Positions 44,251 to 64,000 of a stretch of 64,000 nt of DNA are shown here, piece after piece. The stretch spans positions 192,001 through 256,000 of the forward strand of contig CBDBZY010000018.1 of the NCBI GenBank assembly GCA_965213685.1, given 5' to 3'. The notes under the pieces were generated by a model. The model did not search any database, was not told where the DNA came from, and saw only the letters and a list, made by a program, of their open reading frames with translations. The translations under genes and the position numbers were made by a program. The first letter of the stretch is position 1. The number at the start of each line of letters is the position of its first letter. The stretch is from a bacterium. Lineage in GTDB: Bacteria; UBA8248.

Positions 44251-44831
44251 TGAGGCTGGATTTACAAACTCTATCGACAAATACCAACTGGGATTTATAA
44301 ATACTGTAGTGGAGTATAAATCCTGACTTTCTCGCTAATTTTAACACAAACGGCGCCCCATAAATCATGCCTAGGTACAAAGGTACAAGGGTTTACTGTG
44401 CTAGCTTGCTACCGGGCATCAATGACATGCACTGTAGAAATTCAACCGCGATCGTATAGGTATAAGGAAAGCGGCACGCACTGTCACATAGCACACACAT
44501 ACACATGAACACGTTTCATTAGAACAAGCTAGTCGCTTCTTATTGTTTCTTGATGGCCAAAAAGCTGCCATCCAATGCCTAAATACCGGGTCACCATACC
44601 CAGCTGGCAAAGGTAAAAGTTTGTCTGCTAGCTACATCTCTATATTGTATGTGCAAACTACCGTACCCGGTTGAAGTTGAAGAGTACTGGTATACAGCAG
44701 GCGAACCCAACTCTTGCACCTTTGCAGCTAGGCACGCGTAAGGTGGCGCTTAGGCGTTCTCCTTTCATACATGACGAGAAGGCGTGGCTTCGCTTTGCGA
44801 GTGCGCAGCGCCGCTGCCAGGTGAAGTGGCT

Positions 44832-45125
44832 GGATTTATAAATCGCCACCGATATTTTAAATCTCCACCGGTATTTATAAATCCCCACCGGTATTTATAA
44901 ATCTCCACCGGTATTTATATATCTCCACCGGTATTTATATATCTCCACCGGTATTTATAAATCCCCACAGGTTTTTATAAATCTCCACCGGTATTTATAA
45001 ATCTCCACCGGTATTTGTAAATCTCCACCAGTATTTATAAATCTCCACCGGTATATATAAATCTCCACTGGTGTTTATAAATCCCCATCAGTATTTATAA
45101 ATATCCATCGATATTTATAAATCCG
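44832..45125. repeat. Second 20-bp tandem array of the same unit
   Basis: About 14 units, followed by the same ~120-bp tail as the first array. Confidence 0.95.
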
Positions 45126-45482
45126 AGGCTTGACTCTATCGACAGTATTTATAAATACCAACTGGGATTTATAAATACTGTATAGGAATATAAATCGGGA
45201 CATTCTCACTAATTTTGACACAAACGGCACCCCATAAGAAATGACTAGCTTGTTAGAATGAACAAACTTGTTCACATGTGTACGTGTATGTTTCGTGACT
45301 ACGTGCACATGTGAGCTAGAGATGGCTAGGCTGATCCATATAGTTACAGGTGCTATGAACAGTAATTCCATGACGTAAGAGTGAGATCCTTTAGTTTCAG
45401 GTGCAGCTTTCACTCTGCACCTAGCAAGAACCCGGAACGGAAAATTGCTTCATGCATCCATCTAGTGAGGCGAGAGTGGTTA

Positions 45483-46479
45483 GCTACCATCTTGGCAGGA
45501 TATCAACGCAGATAGTTATCAACATACTGGGGTTTGTTTGACTACTGACTGTAGGTCATCTGCCAATATGTCTCTGAAGGGTTCTTAAGAAGAAAGAAGG
45601 AAAGACCGTCTCGTATGGTAATTCTTATTGTGTGTAATGGAGTGCTGCATGGCTGTACGAAGACCTGAGTTCAAGAGCCCTGAGTGAGCACTGTGGTTGA
45701 GAGTTGTGCCAAAAACAACTTCAAAAAGGTCAACACACCATACCTGGGAGTTATGCCTATGGTGTACCAGAGCTATACCAAGGTGTCTCCTAGAACCGAA
45801 CGATGTTTGGAGTTTGGCATTAATCATGTGTGCTCTGGTAATGGAAAGAATGCCACTTCATGACTTAAGCATGACAATAGAGCCACCAGTCCTGTCTTGT
45901 GACCTCTCTGAGCTGCTAAGTGCTGTGATTTGATCCTATGTATGTTGACATAACTCTATAAACCCAGAAAAGAGGATTTGCTTGCAGTTGCTGTCATCTA
46001 TGGCAGGGAACTGACACAGGAGGAATAAATGGTCACAACTTATTGTTTGTATGTATAAAACAAACAAAGTGTACAAATGTTGCCACTGATTTCAAAAGTT
46101 GCATTTTGGTCCCTGAATTGAACATACTGTAGTGTAACTGGTAAGCTCTTAGTGGTGGTTTTAAGAAGTGAGTAGCTAGCAATAGTCTCCTAACAGGCAG
46201 TGCTCTCAATTACTCCTACTGCACCAGGTTACAGGCACTCCAGTCTGGAGGAGAACTGTGCATCTGTCAAAATTTGGTAGCTGGAAGAGAACTGTGCATC
46301 TGTCAAAATTTGGTAGCTCACAGCTCGTCACAGCTCACTCCAAGACAGCTACTTCTTAAGCACCAATACTGACCATTCAAGGACATATTGGCAGATATAC
46401 AGTCAGTGGTTGAACAAATGTTGTATGTTCACAATTCTCTGCCTTGATATCCTGTGTTCTTTTTTGTCATGATGGCAGC
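45483..46479. mobile_element. Old TIR element with ~90-bp diverged inverted ends
   Basis: caggatatcaa.gcaga...actgactgta..tctgccaatatgtc..tgaa at 45496-45580 is inverted at 46372-46454. Confidence 0.55.
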
Positions 46480-48046
46480 CGTCATGGTAAAGCTGCCATT
46501 CTTACCATCCCTATAGCTACTCACTGAGTTCCCCTGTCTGGTTCCTTGATGAGTGATTACTGAAGGTAAGGGATAAAACAACTTGTTTCTATCCGCTCGA
46601 TTTCAGCAGTCAATTCTAGCACAAAATTTAATGTTCACCATTTAACACGCAATGTCTACTACGTTGTACTCCAACATGGCCGCCATAGGATTAAGCCCTG
46701 CCTACTGCAAAAGGTCTGTTTTACGCATGCCTAGTCCGACATTGGCACAGTCCGGCGATCCGGCAGGTGGTGCAACAGGGCCGTCATGAAACTTCACCAT
46801 TCTTTAGAGCTTGAATATGACTACAGCATACAAGGAAATTGTGTGTAGTCCAGATACAGTATTTGAGATATGCAGATGTGTCAATGATCAGCACAGAATC
46901 TCTCAGTGCTATTCCATATAGCTCTGGCAGTGAACACCCACCTCTTGCCATAAGGAAATGGCTATGAGGAGGGTTAACCTTTAGATGAAATGATGACAAA
47001 TGTGCTAAGCAGTTAAATGTGTTGCACCGAAGGCAGTAGACGAATAATAAGGCGAGTACACACACGATGTGGAATTCAATTAGAAAAGACCACTTCACGT
47101 ATTTTCTTTGTAGTCTTTATACAACGTCTCTTCAAAGCCTGCACATGGTCATCCCTGCACATATAGTTTTTCTTTGATATTTTAGCACTGCCATCCCTAC
47201 ACTAATTATACATAATGATTGTGAAAAATCTATGTGGAGGTGTTATGACAAATATGTACATATATACTTTAGTGTTGCAAAACCCTCTGGAAGAATAATC
47301 TAATAATCATTTGAATGAAACTCCAGCAGAGTATTCTGCTTAGTGGTTATACAAATACGCATAATACTGATGTTCAACCAGTCAAGCTGGAATATATGCC
47401 AAAACTCAATATTGATGTACATCATGCATGTGCCACACATGTACAGCCATGCATAATCTGTCCTACAGTTAAATCCCACTCTCAGCATGCATGTACTTTT
47501 CTTAGAAAAATAGGAGAGATAGTTTTGTGTGAAGGGTCATACATAATTATGTTCTCTAACCCTTTCAGAGACAGAGCTTTAAACAGATGCAACTAAAATT
47601 GCAAGGGCCGTTTGGGCATGTATATATTCATTCCAACATTTCATGTGGGCAAAGAAATGAAAGCAAGCCTTTAGCCTCTTGATAGGTCATGAATGTAATG
47701 TTAATAGCTATGAGCTTTCAACATGTATCATGAACAAAAAGTGCAGTTAATTACTCAAGAACAAAAGATGGGCAGATCACATTGTTGAATACAATCTAAC
47801 ACCAATATGCTGATGATCAGCAACTCTTAATATAATGAGGTAGTACAACTAGTACAAAATCATCAAGCAAATTAAAGATGACACAGTAACGTATGTCCTT
47901 CATTGTATTAGTGTCAAATACATAATCAATATTTGAACATTGTCTTTCATGAATGTAACTTTCACTACGAAAGTACGGTAGGATAGGTGTAAAGCTATAC
48001 AGCATGAACTAATGTGTCATCTTTTATATTAACCTAATATACAAAA

Positions 48047-59223
<11,177 letters not shown>

Positions 59224-59364
59224 CTGTTCACGTAAAAGCAAGTAGCAATAGTAACAGTAAGGGCAATCAAAAGCCAGTATGACTGCTATATAAGTGTATA
59301 AGCAGATGCGGCACTGCCTGCACTTTACATCCGCACTATAATCTTTTTTGTGGGGGGTTATTAA

Positions 59365-59938
59365 GGGAGGGCGAGTCATGATTGCGTTCTTCGTCAATTA
59401 CTCTACCGTCGCTTTCCCCCCACATTTACCAATGCTAAAACGACAGCAATTCTTTGGCGCGGTTGCAAATTCGCTGGGAAAAAATTCATATTTCCCGCTA
59501 CCGTTGGACGTGCGGCGCTATGTGGCGCCAACCGGTGAAGAGGTGGATGCTCGCCAAAGGGGAGTGAACTAGTTTATGCGCAATGGGTTGCTCGAGGCTT
59601 GGCTTGCTACTTTACGGCAGAATTTGCTACCCTTTTTCTAAATTCTGCAGCACGAAGAATACGATTATATGTCTAGAAAGAAAGATTTAGCACGGATTTT
59701 TAAAGCAAACTTAGATAGCCAACATGCTTAGTAATCATCCACCGAAGTTTCGTCTCTGCAGCATTAGCCGTTATTGGCAAATTTTTTTTCTATAATTAGC
59801 GATATGCATATTGCGTAAATTTTATAATACTATGAACCGACATATCACGCAAAACTACGTTATTTCGCTAACAGGCATCATTAGGAGAATACAATAAAAC
59901 ATAAATCAGGCAAAATGATGTCTTAGGGTCGTCCTGCC
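59365..59938. mobile_element. Non-autonomous Kolobok-like insertion (TTAA TSD)
   Basis: TTAA-GGGAGGGCGA ... TCGTCCTGCC-TTAA. Paralog A has the empty TTAA site at about 9846. Confidence 0.82.
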
Positions 59939-60251
59939 TTAAATGTCCTAGTATTGTGTTTACAGCGCAGTAGTGTGATTGTCCGCCGTTCCTGCATAAC
60001 GCTTCGCACGGTCGTATAAGAGCGTTCGTACTCGCGGCCTTCCGCAGGCTGGGCGTGGCTTACTTTGGCCTCTGCCTTTGCAGCTGCGCCTTTGGAAACG
60101 CTTACGATAAATTTGAGAGCTTCACGTCTCACGACGTGTGCATCACGATATCAGGCCAGCAATATATACATGTACATAGCGGAATAAGGTTGCACGTGAC
60201 ACACTTGAGCCTCATTTCCGCTCATGCGCATGCAGGCACTAATTCCGGGTA

Positions 60252-60902
60252 GCGATTTTTTATCTGACGTACACTTTCTGGACTTAGGCTGGGGGCACGT
60301 ATAGTCACGTGATTTAGTGTGTGTAGTCACGTGGTTTTATTGCATCGGTTTTGTGTAGATTACAGTATAGTCTACTAGTATACAAAAACGTGAATAGACA
60401 AAGGCATAGCTAACAGAGGCACTGCTCGATTATGTGTATTATATATACATACACAAAGCGTAATCCCTAGGTACGAATGTTTAAAGTAAGCCTATCAGTG
60501 TTTTAGTAAATTCCACACTTAGTGTCCACGACCATGGTTTGCCTGATTCTGTAATTCATTTAGTCTCAGATTCTGCTTTCTTTTTACATGTTCAAGTCTT
60601 TCTCGCTTTGTCTGAACACTTGGATCATCATCAAGAGGACAAGTTTGGGAGGTCTACCACTTGGAGCTAGTTTACTTCCCTTTGTGACTCTTTCACGCCT
60701 TCTGTATATGGCAGTTGGCTTGACGTGCATATGTCTTGTCCTAGAAGCCTTTCGAACGCCATCAAAGACCTGACAATCCCGCCAAACGATCTATTTCCTG
60801 CTAAACACAATTTGCAATCAAGTTTGCGCATGCGCATTTCGTCTAGCGTATACGTTTGTCCAGAGATCAAGTCCAGAAAGTGTACGTCAAATAAAAAATC
60901 GC
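60252..60902. mobile_element. Mutator-like MITE (34-bp TIR, 9-bp TSD)
   Basis: GCGATTTTTTAT(C/T)TGACGTACACTTTCTGGACTT at both ends with TTCCGGGTA duplicated. Empty site in paralog A at about 10320. Confidence 0.88.
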
Positions 60903-61319
60903 TTCCGGGTATTGCATATTGACCACACCCGTGAGGGTCAAGGTTCACAATTAAGACCATCCTGTAGCTGGAGAAACAGCTGTTCACATGAAGATCGGGT
61001 GAGGGTGCCAAGCAACGTGAAGACGGACGATCACGCGCTTCATGAGCGGCCAGAATGATTACTGACGCTGAACTCAGAATGACTGAAGGTACGGACAATG
61101 GACTACCTTTATCCGAAACCCTCACAGAGCATGATTGCGTGGGAACTTATTAATAGCACCGCTAGACTCCAAGTTGTGAACAAGCCTTCATTTAGCTCTA
61201 TGTGTATGTGGCAATTAAAGAGTTCCTGTAAGCTATCAGTGTGTGTTTGAATGTTGTGATACTCTGATACGTGTATATGTACATGTACATGTATATACTT
61301 CGCTGTGCAATTTTCAACC

Positions 61320-61407
<88 letters not shown>

Positions 61408-62222
61408 TCTCTCTCTCTGTAACGAGATAAGCCAAGTGGATGAACTGGCTCAACTCATATGCCTTACAGACTGAGACAAGACAAAGGTACAGATAACCAT
61501 GATAAAGGTACAGATAACCACACCCACTGCATGTAGTCAAGATGGATCGAGGGCCATCTGCAGTGATAGAGCTTCCTTCCTTTCATTGCTGAGTTTGTTT
61601 CTCCCTCCCTTGCTCTCTTCTCCCTCTCCTCCCCCTCTACTCCCTCAGGTGTTCCAGAAGCACTCATTCTCCGACCTCTGCCAGCTCAGAGGTGAGTGAG
61701 TGGTAGAGCATCCCCCTACTTCTTTACCTGTCCTCCTCCCTTCCTGCCTCCCTCCCTCCCTTCCTGCCTCCCTCCCTCCCTCCCTCCCTTCCTGCCTCCT
61801 TCCCTCCATCCTTCCCTTCCTGCCTCCCTCCCTCCCTCACTTCCTGCCTCCCTCCCTCCCTCTCTCCCTTCCTGCCTCCCTCCCTCCATCCTTCCCTCTC
61901 TGACTCAGGCTTTGAAGTCTCTCTCCCCTATCCCTACTCCACCACTTGGAGTGGCTCTACCTGGGAGGAAACAAGATCCAGGTAGCCACCCACCTTCCTT
62001 CCCACCCTCTCCTTCCCTTTCTCCATCTCCCTTCCCTTTTTCTTTCTACCCTTTCCTCTTTCTTTCCCCCACTCCCTCCCTCCCTCCCTCCCCACCTTCA
62101 CCCACACAAACTCGCCACATACATGTATGACAATTCCTAAACCATAATATTATGACAAGTCCTAAACCACAAGCCACCTGTACCACTCTCTCCCTAATAA
62201 GGCACACCATGCAGCCACCAGT

Positions 62223-62351
<129 letters not shown>

Positions 62352-62666
62352 ATGTGTGCGTGCGTGCGTCCGTGTGTGTATGTGTGTGTCTGTTTGTGTG
62401 TGTGTGTCTGTGTGCATGGAGGAAACAGAAGTGGGATATGTACTTTTACATAGGCCTCTTCCTACTAGGCGTGCTAATCTGTCCTCATGCACTGCACCAA
62501 GCAATGAATATTGTTTGCATGGGTGGGCTGATCTATAATGAGTTATAGTGTGCACGGTTATCGTGTTTGAGAGTTATGAAGATTGTGGTGAAACTGAGTT
62601 GTTGACTGAGGTTTGAACTCTAGCCTTAGGATAGTACCATCAATCCTGCACTCCTCTGCCACCAGA

Positions 62667-62739
62667 CACCCAGTGGCTCAGTAGTAAGAGTGTCTGACTA
62701 GTATTCAGAAGGTCCTGGGTTCAAATCCCAGCTAGGTCC
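62667..62739 (+). repeat. tRNA-Thr(AGT)-like pseudo-tRNA / SINE head (duplicate of 12000-12072)
   Basis: Same sequence within the segmental duplication. Confidence 0.55.
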
Positions 62740-64000
62740 TGACTCTTTCAGGACTTCTTCAACAACTCAGTTTGACGTAGACGAATACCTCTAATTCCAT
62801 CATGTCTCTCTCTCAAGTGAGCTCTAAATGGTGAGTATGGTTCCCAGACCAGTGCTCTCCATTCGTGGACCAAGTTCTCCTCATAGTGCATGCATGTGCA
62901 CCATGTCTGGAAACAAGTGCAAAGTCTGAGAATGAGGCTGCAGAGGGTGATCAGAGTGGGCATTTCCTGATGGCAAGTCTTTCAGTGTTCTCCGCAGAGT
63001 CACTCTCTCAATATATGTGTACATGTATGCTTAATTAGCTAGTCAAGTATTCCAGTTGAGTCCAGTGTTTCTACACTTCCGTTCTGTCTGTCTGTCTCTG
63101 TCTCCCCGTCCATCTGTTTGTCTGTTCTGCTGTCCCTATTGGAACTCTCTCTGCCTTTCATATTTCTTTTCCTTCTCACCACAGAACAAGTATAGATGTG
63201 CCACTTCATTTTGATGGTGGGTCAGTGTAATCTCCCGACTACAAGTGTGGCTTACAAGTACACTGCAGGCAAGTATAGCAGCCTTTCATGCAGCCACAGA
63301 GAGCAAGTGGTGGCTATCCTCTCAGAGTGAGTGGTTCTGGTGAGATACATGTTCACTGCACACCTCAATCACTGATACTTGTCCACTGCAGTGGCTGTTC
63401 TCAGCTGCGTTGACGGGTGGGAAGAGACAGTGAGGAACATACCGCGTATAAAGGGCTCACAGTGGCGTTTAACTCCATGAGTACTGATATACATGTACAT
63501 GTGCCATAGATATCCCATGGATGGGACTTTGAACTCGTGTGAATAGCAGATCCTTTGGTACATTTGTTGATGCGTAGTTCCACGGATGAAGAGGGAAAGG
63601 TCGACATAAAAACGATGGCCGTTTCGAAAAAGATCAATGTGTGGAGACATGCGTTTCCAAGACGTTAGAGACTTACATGTACGCGTACCGCGTACTGGCG
63701 CGGGTGAGCTGCATAAGATCTTCCAGCTTGCTGGACACAAAGGCAGAAGCAGCATTTCAGGAAGCGAGCAGTGAGTGTGTGCTCTCCCCCTCACGCTGCT
63801 GACAGTCTCTCTCACTGACGGACGTTAGACATTAGACAGTGTTGGTGTCAGTCTTATACATGTCTACTCACTTGCTCTGCATACGCACATTATGCACACA
63901 TATTGCTGTACATGTACATGTTACGTTGTCTCTACTACTGCTACATGTATCATCTTTCATTTTCTTGTTATACCTCATTCCTCTACCTCAAACTTTGTCT

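Larger units (their letters stand above)
43621..45431. mobile_element. Non-autonomous TIR element (possibly Mutator-like) carrying two 20-bp minisatellite arrays
   Basis: GTTCTTGCTAGGTG.AGAG ... CTCTGCACCTAGCAAGAAC with an imperfect TIR of about 70 bp. CCGGAAC is duplicated on both flanks (43614-43620, 45432-45438). Confidence 0.75.

Overview
Eukaryotic, intron-rich, microsatellite- and TE-dense animal DNA. It looks sponge-like (inference from gene content and the pervasive TACATGTA motif). The core is a tandem pair of minus-strand paralogs of a ROCO-type gene. Manual splicing across the two copies gives one phase-consistent frame of about 1640 aa: N-terminal Kelch repeats, Roc GTPase, COR, ZU5 ending in an HFC motif, a UPA-like region, a Death domain and a C-terminal transmembrane tail. 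This would be a candidate membrane-anchored innate-immune or cell-death receptor. Both copies are interrupted in the Roc-COR exon by different transposons. Copy A is cut by an intron-containing CACTA/EnSpm element carrying a transposase and a divergent SAM/SAMD3-like gene. Copy B carries a full-length Gypsy element with apparently identical LTRs. Between the copies lie three decayed non-LTR retroelements, an unprocessed Phafin/PLEKHF-like pseudogene, several MITEs, minisatellites and tRNA-derived repeats. Exon boundaries were read by eye and have no transcript support here.
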